This document shows positions 39,659 through 61,818 of a DNA stretch of 64,000 bases, one piece after another. Every line of letters starts with the position of its first letter. Position 1 is the stretch's first letter. Under the pieces are notes generated by a model. That model was not told where the DNA came from, ran no database searches, and saw only the letters and a program-made list of their open reading frames with translations. The stretch lies in assembly GCF_000485595.1 (NCBI RefSeq), contig NW_014577071.1, forward strand, positions 324,224 through 388,223, read 5' to 3'. This DNA comes from Priapulus caudatus. Lineage: Eukaryota. The translations under genes and the position numbers were made by a program.

Positions 39659-40894
39659 AACACACACACCACACACAGCACACACACACACACATTAACA
39701 CTCACACAACGAACGAAGCAATGAGACTCAAAAATCACACGTATTAAAGTTTACGTTCATGCCTTTCCGGTACTGGTCAACATCACCTCAGAATTTAATT
39801 TTCTGCCTCGAGTCATGGTGTCGACGTGAGCTATGTAATATGGTGTCATGGCAGCACAAACAACGCCACGTCATCAATGTGGTGCATCCGGCTTGGTTAC
39901 AGACTGCGTCGCTCGAGTGTCTAATCGGGGAAAACTCATGCCACAATTTAGGCGACGGTGAGGATCGCTTAGGATGTTTCACAAAACCTATCCGCACGAG
40001 GCGGCGGTTTTGTTTCGCATATGCCAAACGTTTTGTTTCGCCAAACGGGTGCGTGTTTCGTGGGCTTGCAACTGACACATATTACAGATAGCTCACGTCG
40101 ACACATGACTGAGCAGAAATTAATTCTGAGGGGTTGGTTGTTTGAATCCAGCGCGGGATGAACGTCAACTTTAATACTGTGATTTGGAGCCATTGCTTTC
40201 GTTGTGTGTGTGGTGGCTGTGTGTTTTTGTGTGGGTGTATATGGTGGCTATATGTTTCCATGCATCGAATGTTCGCGTGACGTCAGTGTACGTTCACGCG
40301 AACGAACTTGCGCGAACCTACCGCTAACCTAACCCTAACCCTAACCTAACCCTAACCCTACCGCTAACCCTACACTATACCTAAACATAACACTTACAAA
40401 ATGGTTAAATGGATAAGATAGAAAATAGAAAAATAAAAATATACAACAGATGGGTTCGAACCACCACCTCAAGAAAACTGTCCGGCCGCATAGCGCGCTG
40501 CGCTATTTTGGGTTTTGCTTGTCGATGCATGTGGTTATGGATGTAGGCCTATATTCATACATGGGATGGGCGGTGCGTGATTGTTATGTGGTTGGCTAGC
40601 ACTTGACGTCACACTGACGTACACTTGAGTTCACGCGAACATTCGATGGCATGGAAACCATTAGTCACCTGTGGTTATATATATGTGCATGGTTCTTTTT
40701 GTCGTCCGTATTCAGGCAACGCGCGAATTGTGTGCTCATTCATTTTTGTTATCTATAATGCAGTTGCTATTTGTTTTTGATTATTTGATTCCTATTCCAA
40801 TGTCCTGCTGACCTGATGAAAAGATGTATCTGCGAACAGCTTGTCAAATTAAACTGGGGTTATAACACCCTTAGTCTATACTTTGACTTTGTTG

Positions 40895-40926
<32 letters not shown>

Positions 40927-42252
40927 CGCTCGTTGCGCGTGGCGCAGTGCGCGTGTGTGTATGTGTGTGTAAAATTAATGTAATTGTAATGTGATTTTTG
41001 CGATGATGCAGAGATTTGGCGATGCGCGCTTTGTGCAAAAGCGACACTGCAGCTGCAGATGATCAGGATCTTCCCAAGCAGAAACCAGGGATTCAGAATA
41101 AAGGCATTTCAAGCCCTCTAGCAAAGCATGTGCAGGGGAGTAGTGGAGGAGAAAGCAGCCTTTCTCTTCCACAAGAGAAAGTGCACAGTACTGTTGCTGG
41201 ACAGCTTTGTCACTATCTGGAAGAGACCAAACATTTTGCACAGAACACGGAAAACACGCGTGCTCATATACAGGCATTAGCAAGGTAAAGTTCTGTTGCT
41301 AGGCTATGTTTCACGATCAAATTTACCCAATAAGCTGCTAGGTGTATAAATGCTTTGATATATCTTAATTCACTTGGTTTCACTTTAAAGTGAACAACAC
41401 TAACAGTTTTAGCACAGTGTTATTTTCAGTATTAGTTTCTTATTTATGCTTATACAACTACACAACGTTTAGGTTCGTGTGTGAAAAGATGGGTGGACCA
41501 GTAACAAAAGAGACGCTCTCATCTCTTGGCTGTGAGCTGTATCTTATGCAATTAAAGCAAAGTTTGAATTCCAACGTGGTTCCTCTAGGATTGATTTCCA
41601 TAGGGACATTCACACACAGGGCTTTGTTATTCAAGGTATTCCATATATAACATATATGTCTAAACAAACGAAAAATCATTTACTACTGCAATTGATGTAA
41701 TAATCAGAAACAATATGCTTTATTTCAATTGATCCTTCACGGAATCTGGGTAATAAATGCACTTGTTTAACTGTATTTTCTTTATGTTTATGATTAGGCT
41801 TTAGTGGATAAGGCTGGCTTGCAGTGCTCTCTTGTGCGTGGGCGGTATAGTAGAGCATGGAACGAAGTATTACTGATAGATAAGGTAAAGATGAGTGCTG
41901 TTTTGGCCCAGTCAGTGCTTTGGTATGTGTGTGGTGTGTGAGTGTGCATCTTGTATAGGTTGTACAAATTGTATATATATATATATATTGTTTGAAAATT
42001 TGTAGATATTTATATACATTGTATATTGTATATTATTATATACATATACATCAAGAGTGGATAATAGAGATCTCTATTATCCACTCTTGATATACATTGT
42101 ACATTATACACATAATGTATATCTTGTACACGTTGCTAATTGAACTGGTTTCTCACAGCCACTTATAAAACAGTAAACCTTAATCTAAAAGAAATGGTTT
42201 AATACTCACTCCATCCTTTTGCATCAATAGAGTGGAAGAGAAAGAGACAAAA

Positions 42253-42307
<55 letters not shown>

Positions 42308-43295
42308 GTGAAAGAAAGGGAGAGGGAGAGGGAGAGACAGGGGGCCGGAGAGAGGGTGAGATAAAGGTAAAGAAAGTGATTGTGTCACAAAATGTATATG
42401 AGTTCAACTTCTACTACAGGGCACTGGAGATGCTGCAGGAATTATGCTCGTCTATTGCAAGGAGAAATAGTTTCGCTGAGGTAGCTCTAGAGACTCTGCT
42501 GAACAACAACTTGCCTGCAAAATACAGTTTAAAAGGTGGACGGAACTATGACAATCATAGTTTGCTTGCAAAACCGTATTCTTGTATTAACTAATGGGTT
42601 TTATTTTATGCTGCTGCATCATAGGTATGATGAATTCATGTACGTAGATGCTTTACATTGTCACTTAAACAGGATGCTTTTAACTGTACTTTTACATCAC
42701 TGTCAGAAACAATCTTACATGAATTAATGAAGGGTTTATGATAATGGCCAGGCAGTGACATTAACGCTTGTAATATCTGTCACATACTTTGCTACACATT
42801 TTAGTGGCACATAATATGTTTAACTACCTTTACATCACTCTTAAAAACAATCTTACATGAATTAAAGATTTCATTATAATGGCCATGCAGTGACAATAAT
42901 GCTCGTAATATCTATCTCTTTTTTGCTACATATTTTAGGAGCACTGTCGGCTACGGATGTCGTTGTGGATGGTTTCTATGACGCAGGCGCAGCAAAAGCA
43001 GGCGTAAGGTTGCTGTGCTTGGAAGAGTTGGAGAAACAGCAGGTCAGCGATCGGCTGCCCGTCGTCGTTATAAACTTTGGCAAATTGCAAGAGTAAGTAC
43101 GGCGATGGACTTAGCGACAAGGGCGTAGCCAGGAATTTGGATTGGGGGGTCCTCGAGCGAGTAACAAGGGGGTCTGGTGGTCTGAATTTTTTTTTTTAGT
43201 TAAAGGTAAAAATAGTGCTTTAAAATCAATTTAGACGCTGTTTTGTTGACAATACTATTTCTTCTGCAGCTCTACAACGAAGCTCTACTACTCTC

Positions 43296-43346
<51 letters not shown>

Positions 43347-46073
43347 CACATTTAACTACACACACCAACGAAGCGAAGCAATGGACTCAAAAATCAACCG
43401 TAATTAAACAGTGTTACGCGTCATAGCCTCTGGATCAAAACAATCAACACCTCAGAATTAATTTCCTGTCTCAGGTCACTGTGTCCCGACGTGACTATGT
43501 AATGATGTAGTCAGTGGCAGCCGACACAACCACGGCACGTCATCAATGTGGGAATCCGTTTGGTTAAAATGGTCAGCAACACGGAAAACCATGCAAATTA
43601 AGGGCGAATAGATCTTAGGTGTTCAACTGAAAACCTATCGCCAAGGCGGCGTTTTGATTTCACCAAATAGGCAAACGTTTTTGTTTGCCAAGACGTGCGT
43701 GTTTGTGGCTGCCGACTGACACCATATTACAATAGCTCAGTCGACGACATGACTGAGCAAATTAATTCTGAGGTTGGTTGTTGTAATCCAGGGGGCATGA
43801 ATCGGTAAAACTTTAATTACTTGCTGATTTTGGAAGTCCTATTGCTTCGTTGTGGTGTGTGTGTGTGTTTTTGTGTGTGTGTATATGTGATCAATATAAT
43901 GTTTCCAATGGCCATCGAATGTTTCGCGTGACGTCAGTGTACGTCACGCACGAACTGCGCGAGAGCCTAACGCCTAACCCTAACCTAATCCCTACACCCT
44001 AACCCTAAACTAACCCTAACCCTAACACTAGATACTTAACACTAAACTCCTACCCAAAATATTTAAATGGATAAAGATAGAAAAATAGTAAAAATAACAA
44101 AAATAATAAACGCCGATGGCGATCGAACGCCACCACACTCAAGAAAAAACGTCCGGCGCCATAAACGCGCTGCGCCATTTTGGTTTGCGTCGAAATGATG
44201 TGTTATGGGAGTTGCCCTATATCATACATGATGGGCGTGCGTGGATTGTAACTGGTGGTGGCTAGCACTGACGTCACACTGACGTACACTGGATCGTCAC
44301 GCGAACTATGTCGACTCTGGGCAGGGAAACAATAGTCCACTGTGTGATATAATGTGCATGTTCTTTTTGTCGTCCGTATCATGCAACGCGCGAATTGTGT
44401 GATCTCATCTCATTCTGATTAGTCTAATGGCATGTATTGAGTTTTTGATTATTTGATTCTATCCACAGTCTGGCTGACCTGAAGAAAAGCAATCGTAATC
44501 TCCTGAAAGCTTGTCATTAATTTAAACACCCTTATTCTCTATACCTTGACTTTGTTTATATATATGTTGTGTTGTGTGTTGTGTGCTGCCGCGTCGCGTG
44601 CCGGCGATGCGCGTTGTGGTATTGTGTAAATGTATGTAATGTAAATGTGATTTTTGCAGTGATCGCAGAGCATTGGGCCGATGCCAGCTTGTGCTGTGAA
44701 AAGCGACACGCAGATGATCAGGATCTTCCCAAGGCAGAAATCCAGGATTCAGAAAAGGCATTTCAGAGCTCCTCTAGCCAAAGCATTGCAGCGGGAGTAT
44801 GTGGAGGAGAAAGCATCTCGTTTCTCTTCACAAGAGAAAGCGGCACAGTAACTGTTGCTGGACGAGCTTTGTCACTATCTGGAAGAGACAAAGCTATTTG
44901 CACGAGAACACGGAAAACACGTCGTGCTCATATACCAGGCATTAGCAAGAGGTAAAAGTTCTGTTCTTAGGACTATGTTTCACGATCAAAATTTACCGCA
45001 AAAAATAAAGCTGCTAGGCTGTGATAAATGCTTGATATATCTTAATTCACTCTGGTTCGTCATACTTAAAGTGAACGAACAACTACCAACAGTTTTAAGC
45101 ACGCGTGTTTTTTCAGTATTAGTATTCTGTATTTATGCTTATCGAACTACCACAAAGATTTAGGTATTCGGTGTTGAATAAGATGGGTGCATCAGTAAAC
45201 AAAAGAGACGCTCTCATCTCTTTGCTGTGAGCTGTATGTATGCAATTAAAGCAATTGAAATTCAACGTGGTTTCCTCTAGGATGATTTCATAGAGGACAT
45301 TCCAACGAGACACATGGGGCTTTGTTATTCCAAGTATTCCATAATAACAGTATTATTCTAAACAAAACGAAAAATCATTTGACATACTGGCAATTGTGTA
45401 TAATCAAGAAACAATGATGGTTTATTTCAATTGATCCCTTACACCCGAATCTGGTTAATCAATGCACCTTGTTTAACTGTATTTTCTTTATGTTTATGAT
45501 TGCGGGCTTAGTGGATAAGGCTGGCTGCAGTGTCTCTCTGTGGCGTGGGGCGGTAGTAGTAGAGCATGGAACGAAATATTACTGATAGATTGTAAGGCTA
45601 AAAGATGAGTCGCTGTTTTGGCCGAAGTCAGGCAATGCTTTAGTATGTGTGTGGTGTGGTGAGTGTGCCATGCTTGTTATAGGTTGTACGAATTGGTATA
45701 TAATATATGATATACTTGTTTTGAAAATTTGTAAATATTATATAATCATTGTATATTGTATATTATATATACATAATACATCAAGAGTGGATAAAGAGAT
45801 CTCTTATTAATCCGAGTCTTGATATACATGTAGCATTATAGCACATAATGATATTCTTGTAACATCAGTTGCTAATTGAAACTGTTTTCTACAGCACTAT
45901 AAAACAGAACGCTCTAATCTAAAATGAAAATTGTTTAGATACTTAACGTCCATCCTTTGCATCAATAGAGTGGGTATCAAAGAGCGAAGAGTTACATTGT
46001 GGATCTCATGTACAACCCTGGTGATCTTCTAGCTGTTGACTCTCCTGAGGCTGCTGCTTATTGTCAACTATAG
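31039..46073 (+). CDS. ARMC3: Armadillo repeat-containing protein 3 (ARM repeats plus EDR1-like C-terminal domain), spliced; 3' half duplicated in the assembly
   Basis: Exons in transcript order: 31039-31092, 31290-31407, 31560-31754, 32068-32269, 32524-32624, 32841-33046, 33635-33721, 33875-33989, 34131-34270, 34483-34625, 35131-35203, 35580-35716, then best copies 42420-42535, 42939-43092, ~41003-41284, 41473-41635, 41798-41884, 45969-46073 (TAG). Motifs [78 protein letters not shown] and [10 protein letters not shown] match ARMC3 as I recall it. Confidence 0.92.
33159..33458. mobile_element. CATAG-ended micro-palindrome split by the hAT-like MITE
   Basis: CATAGAAATA...TATTTCTATG with exact 8-bp TSD GTCATAAT at 33151-33158 and 33459-33466. 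Confidence 0.75.
33196..33439. mobile_element. hAT-like MITE, copy 2
   Basis: Same TIRs as 22949-23196; exact 8-bp TSD CTAGTATC. Confidence 0.88.
34653..34876. mobile_element. MITE with imperfect ~40-bp TIRs and TTAGGG plus (AATCATT)n core
   Basis: CTCCATTAGGAGTTATACCAACTCTAATGTCATTAATG vs CATTAATGATATCAAAGTTGGGAACACTACCAATGGAG; GG...CC ends flanked by TGAA on both sides; absent from the duplicate at ~37030. Confidence 0.7.
35800..36143 (+). mobile_element. tRNA-derived SINE (noisy duplicate ~37970-38280)
   Basis: Box-B-like GGTTCAACTCCC at 35841-35852, followed by GGGTCATACCAAAGACTTGAAAAATGGTAC, which resembles the Meta/MESC SINE central domain from memory; 3' end ggcgcgggaaggatttaacttac. 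Confidence 0.6.
39707..40204. mobile_element. Foldback element with ~180-bp inverted arms (duplicate ~43368-43852)
   Basis: CCTCAGAATTTAATTTTCTGC..AGTCATG.TGTCGACGTGAGCTATGTAATATG mirrored by CATATTACAGATAGCTCACGTCGACACATGACTGAGCAGAAATTAATTCTGAGG; flanked by (CA)n and (GT)n. Confidence 0.65.
40243..40669. mobile_element. MITE with ~55-bp TIRs and (CCCTAA)n core (duplicate ~43887-44340)
   Basis: TGTTTCCATGCATCGAATGTTCGCGTGA... mirrored by ...TCACGCGAACATTCGATGGCATGGAAAC; internal cctaaccctaaccctaa. Error-rich sequence. Confidence 0.65.
41473..41884 (+). CDS. ARMC3: ARMC3 EDR1-like domain exons (41473-41635, 41798-41884), clean copies
   Basis: [10 protein letters not shown]...[22 protein letters not shown] | [26 protein letters not shown], canonical splice sites. 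Confidence 0.88.
42052..42089. mobile_element. 38-bp perfect palindromic micro-element with 8-bp TSD
   Basis: CAAGAGTGGATAATAGAGA|TCTCTATTATCCACTCTTG flanked on both sides by ATATACAT. Confidence 0.8.
43118..43273. mobile_element. Same hAT-like MITE family, 5' part only (noisy duplicate at ~39427-39600)
   Basis: Starts CAAGGGCGTAGCCAGGAATTTGGATTGGGGG and follows copies 1/2 to cttctgcagctct; no 3' TIR seen. Confidence 0.75.
45969..46073 (+). CDS. ARMC3: ARMC3 last coding exon
   Basis: Acceptor atcaatag; [40 protein letters not shown] at 46423-46428. Confidence 0.88.
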   Translation, partial: SGYQRAKSYIVDLMYNPGDLLAVDSPEAAAYCQL

Positions 46074-46641
46074 TCATCATTGTCAGAAACAATACTAGCT
46101 AATCTGAAACTAGTTACATGTAAGACTTGATGATATGTGCTAGTAAATAGAATGGTGGATTAATAGTGTGGAAAAGATCAGCTTGATAACCTCATCATGT
46201 TAGAACCGAAATTCAGTTATAACAGATAAATTTCACGATATTAGGGCACTGTAGTTCTGTGTGATGGTGTGACTTTATTTTGTTATGCGATTTACTATGC
46301 TCATGCATACCCTACTATGGACGTAAAATGATTATAATGATAGCTTATACACATAACTTATAGAGAAAGTTTATATGGAAGGTTCATATATTTAAGAAAT
46401 TACATGTTAATTATGTCTTTTCAATAAAAAATACCCATTCCAAAAATGAAAACTATGTTTGTGATTTCTTTCCCAGACAAAACTTTTTTTGGGTATTTTG
46501 ACATTTCGTCTGATATTTCCGTGAAGTAATCACGATTGTGTTTTTACAACAGCGCACTAATGGTGATATTTGATGATACAGACACGGTATAAGATCAAGA
46601 TAACTGCTCAAGACTGAAAAATGAATTCATACAAGTTATAT

Positions 46642-46714
46642 CAAGGGAGAAAAATGACAAATTGTCATATTGTAATTGTAAATTGTAATGATAATTTGTC
46701 ATTATTCACCCCTG
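46642..46714. mobile_element. 73-bp hairpin micro-element with 7-bp TSD
   Basis: CAAGGGAGAAAAATGACAAATT...AATTTGTCATTATTCACCCCTG flanked by GTTATAT; arms related to 51655-51694. Confidence 0.72.
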
Positions 46715-46808
46715 GTTATATGCGACTATATCAGGAGTGTATAATATAGATATAATCTAGGTCTATATTATTATACACTGCTGGCTGATTCTAGTCACCA
46801 TTGAATTA

Positions 46809-48140
46809 GGCAGCCGGCTGAAAGGGGTGTTAGGATCACAGGCCACATTGGATCGTGTTTCAATATAAAACATGGATGGTTAACTACAATACTAATACTT
46901 GTCAAGTAGCTACTACTACAGTAGCCAGCAATATCTTAATGTTTGATTTGACGCTAATAACTCACTTCAACACCGTTCAAGTACACCGGCTGCAACACAT
47001 AGCCGCACCGCACATTGTGCATCACAAATACAACAGTAGAGTAGGAAGAAGGTAAGAATAGCGTGATCGAGAAATTCCTAGAACGCTCACGCCTTTGTCG
47101 ACAGCACTAGAGGAGAAATAACACGTCGCAAGAACGCCATGATATTGGCATCTGGTGTGTAGCTTGAGCAATGGTTCACTTGTTCGAAATATAAGCGTCT
47201 TCTGCAACGTGGGTACCAGACAAGCACTGTTACCCAGAAATTATATGAAAAATCCCTGCTTCGAATTTTCCCGAATTCGCTGCCAATCTGAAGTCACGAT
47301 TATGTAAACCGGGACAAGTACAATGAGGCAATCTGGCGGCCCATTGCATCTCTGGGAGGAGTTGCATACGCAGCCTGCCGCCAAACGTCCAAAACGAGAC
47401 GGCTATCGTATTTCGGGCAGCAAAAGTCGACGTTCACAACGGGCGCGAACTGTGATTGGTCAAAGGATATAATAAGAGCATTCAGGGATTTCCGGCATGT
47501 TGGTCCGGTTTACAAATCGGCATTCCATGGGACAATCTTGCGGCAAATTCGAACAGGATTTCTCATGATAATTCTGGGTAAATAGTGTGTGGTACACGTT
47601 GGCAAGACGTAACTACTATCGAACTAACGTTGACCATCTCAGCTAACACAACAGAATGCCAAATATTCATGGCGTTGGACGTTTATTTCTCCTCTATTAG
47701 GACTCGCAAAAAGTGCGAGCGTTCTGGAATTTCTGTGACCACGCTTCTATCCTTCTCCTATCGTACTGTGTATTTGTGCAATGCTACAATGGCGTGCGGG
47801 CACTATTGTTGCAGCGGTGTATTTGAACGATGTTGAAGTGAAGTTATTAGTGTGCATAATCAACAATTAAGACTATTGCTGTACTGTAGTAGTAGGCTAC
47901 TGACAAGTTGTATTTATAACCATCATTTTACTTATTGAAACGGTCGCAAGTGCCTGTGTTAGGATATGTTTACTAGGCATTTCTAATTTTAACATATATT
48001 TTACGATATATTAAAGAATGATGCAAAAACCCTAAAAAGTGCCCTAACCCTAACCCTGCACCCTAATTAAATTTAAAATATATTTAAAATTAAGAAAGTG
48101 CCTAGTAAACATATCCTACCACCCCTTTCAGCCGGCTGCT
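46809..48140. mobile_element. ~1.3-kb non-autonomous TIR element with nested inverted repeats
   Basis: GGCAGCCGGCTGAAAGGGGTGTTAGGAT at 46809 is mirrored by ATCCTACCACCCCTTTCAGCCGGCTGCT ending at 48140; no long ORF inside. Confidence 0.7.
47231..47581. mobile_element. Nested MITE inside 46809-48140
   Basis: TTACCCAGAAATTATATGAAAAATCCCTGCTTCGAATTT vs AAATTCGAACAGGATTTCTCATGATAATTCTGGGTAA; inner pair GTAAACCGG / CCGGTTTAC. Confidence 0.65.
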
Positions 48141-49629
48141 TGATTTAGACGAGCATTATATTGTGCTGCCATCTTGTGTCCGTATTTTGTGTGTGCGTGG
48201 CAGTGGAATATTAGTTGGTGGTAAGTGGTTTCCTATGTGAATGAGCAACGTCTATTAAAAGTCGATTATACGATTGCAGAAAGTAAATGAGAAATATACG
48301 TACAACTATTGATTTATTTATATGTGAGACCACAGCTAGACACGAGTTTAAACAATACATATAAATGTGCTTAAATACGTAAAATAATTCCTTGTACTGA
48401 ATTCACAATGAGGAAAATAAAATCGCGATGTATAATCATATCAGGCCATCATATGTTATCATTATGGCTGCAAAAATACTACATTGCAATAGATGTAGAC
48501 CATGTCACCAACTGTGAACAAAAAAAACAGAAATGTTGAATGTTCCCCCGCTGATAATCAATGCTGATCACTAGCGACCTCGCTCTTGTCTCGGGCAACA
48601 TTAATTCTTTCAGTCCACAAAACTGTTTCTTTCGCAACCAGGCAATAATTATGTAATTCATATATATAATCTGAGCTATTTAACAAACATTTTCTTCTAC
48701 ATTTCCGTTGGTGGCATTCGACGGAATAAACACAAAAGCTGTTCTCTCCTGTTTGAAAAGTAATTACAATGGAATGATAAATATATAATTTAAATGAATA
48801 AATAAATAAATAAGTTGCGGACAGTTTTCATCCGTGTACCTGTAGTCATACTGTTGCGTATTCAAATTGAGTTGTATACATTAACATCATTCTATCAAAA
48901 TACTATAAGCATATTCTATTTGTATCCATAATTAGACAGCACCACCAGTCAAACTCCTCGGTACAACTTTTTCAATATTATAAATATTTTCTTAACAGTA
49001 GCGTTATCCCTCTAGCTTCAAGAAATTAAAAATCTTGGTAAAGACAAGTTATATTTTACATATGGAAAACAGTATTCTGAATGTTATTAAATATATTTGT
49101 AGTAAACGCTCAACATTTATTTAGTACACAACTTCATTTACTTTAAATATAATTCGTTGCGACTCATTTATCATAAACGAATGGTACCTTAGTCTGAGTT
49201 TCCGTAACGTATTAAACATATAAAGATCATATATTTGACCTGGGCCTAGCAAAGCGCAACTTCTAACAAGTATTTCCCCCAGTTGTGCTGCGAAGACAAA
49301 ATGATTGACAGTGTCAATCGTATCGTAGTTACACAATTCCTCGTAGTTACATCAATTTACAATGGTCATCCCAAGTGCACGACATTTCGATAAATGATGT
49401 ATTTCCGGGAACTACTCACCGGAAATACAACCCTCCCGGGCAGCATATGGCCCGAGTCGCTCAACTTTGCGTGAACCTCTGACTTAACCTACCACGACGT
49501 AGCAAAATAACTGTATAAACAAGGCAGAGGGCATTGATATCCTAGCACGAGTACCACACGACGATATCGACTACGATGATAAAGATACGCCTCTCCCCGA
49601 GCACCTTTTGAGTCGTCACCCTCGGTGTC

Positions 49630-59648
<10,019 letters not shown>

Positions 59649-61086
59649 CTAAAACACCGGGAAAATTAAATTACAAGACTGTATTTTGTAGTTTCTTTCT
59701 ACGGATACGCACACGCGGGAGTACACATACGCGTCGATACCATATAAAACATGCATGCAACACTTCTATTAATGTTATATTAAAAAGATGCATTAAGAAT
59801 ATAATAAAACGTGTAAGTTGGACGAAAATAGCAATAATAACGATTAATGTAGCACGCAAGCTTCACCGTAGACTGGTGAAAGTATTTAACGCTGTACATA
59901 AGCGTAATTAATTATGTTCAATACCGCTTGTTTAGTAACACATGCAGCACTCTTAAAGAACACACACAGTTCACAGAGATACGGTCCGAGTTTTACTCTC
60001 AACTGTGCCGTTTCGTCTCAGCAGTAGATACAAATATTAATAGACATGTATAGCTTGTTTGTCTGAGCGATATGATTACCTAATGAACCATAGCATGAAG
60101 ATAGACGGTCGCAGTGAACGCATGAATTAAATCAAAATTGCAGTCTTTTGCAAGACTTGCAACAATGCAGTTTTGTATTAATAGAATAATTAATGAAACC
60201 GCCACTACCCAAACTACTGCAACAATGACAATCACGTTCCTCTACAGTTATATTGATATTATATTACTATATTGCTGCCAACGACTCTTTGGCTACTATA
60301 GAATAACCAATTTATTGTCCTTACCTAACACAACACTGTTGGTATAACGAGTAAAAACAGTTATTAATATACGATCACCTTTTTGTGATTTTCTGCTAGT
60401 AAAATGTTCTCCTAATTAAATTAAAATGTCTACTCCTGAAAATATGACGTCCCTTCGTTATATTCAGAATTCTACGTCATGCAAGTATTTTATAACCACG
60501 CATCGAAAATAATAACGATTTTCCACCATTTTATACTTTGCTACATTTGCCAAAATCACCTCTACAATCAGTTGAGCTAGGTAATCTCGCAATAACATTC
60601 GTTTTGTCCGATCTCTAAAATAATAGAAAATAAAACAAAAATGTAATTTTCTTGAAATGTGCTACGCACAATTGCACCACAAGATGGCCGGCTTTTCCCG
60701 CGCCGGCTATTTGAACGTCATTGCGCTATATCCGCGCTAGTTTTGTCAGACAACTTGGAACGAATTCTAACAAACGATTAAACAGACAACGATTCAAAAA
60801 CTAACTTTAAAAGACTCAAGAAATGGGGACCATGTTAGTATTTTATGTGAATTATTTAATTGCACCTTGGAAATTTTTCACACAATGCTGAGGTTGGTGC
60901 GATGTTGCTTTCAAGATAATTTAAGTTGCGTCTCCGCTATGGTCTCAGCTCAACTTAAACTATCGGGCAGCAAACACGCCCCACATTACAATAAACAAAC
61001 AGCTTAATACTCTCTTGAGCGTGAATATTTATTTGATTGAACGTGTACGTTTTTCCCTATTAACACTTCCCACAACGAATGCTGGC

Positions 61087-61198
<112 letters not shown>

Positions 61199-61712
61199 GG
61201 TCAGAGTCACAACGACACCCAGATCCTACCAGATTTGGCACTCGATCAAATACGATCGGCTAATGCTTTTACTAAACACGGCTTTGTCTGCGCCACACTT
61301 ACGCCCGATCGGACTCTTTGACTCTGCGCACTCAATCCCCTAGAAACATCGTAATACCACCACAAATGAACCGCGCCGTTAACAACGTTCCGTTTCTATG
61401 GCAATCGAATTGCCGCCCGAGTAGCTCGAAGCCCAGACGAGCGAGCGAGAGCCGGATTAAAGACCCGCTCGTTCCGGTCCCAGCGACAAGGGACGTTAAA
61501 TCGACTGAAGACATTACTCCACCGCATAACGCGGCAATCGACGCACACACCGCAGCACACGCACCCCCGAGACCCACCCCACTCGCCACCGCCGCACACA
61601 GGCGCACACACGCACACGCACACGCTCACTCACACCACGCAACCGCACCACGCAACACGCACCAACGCACAGCGGCACACGCAACACGCACACGCCACAC
61701 GCACACTGCACA

Positions 61713-61748
<36 letters not shown>

Positions 61749-61775
61749 CACACACACACACGCACAGCATATATA

Positions 61776-61818
<43 letters not shown>

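Larger units (their letters stand above)
36758..45973 (+). repeat. Overlapping duplicate copies of the ARMC3 3' half
   Basis: 36758-38900 repeats 34393-36732; 42236-45973 repeats ~38530-42235. The exon ALEMLQEL occurs three times (36555, ~38710, 42420). Confidence 0.9.

Noticed and set aside
40320..40380. Chromosome end (telomere)
   Set aside because: Short degenerate array enclosed by TIRs within an intron.
61205..61560. Possible Helentron/HINE-like non-autonomous element
   Set aside because: Only vague resemblance in noisy sequence; termini could not be defined.
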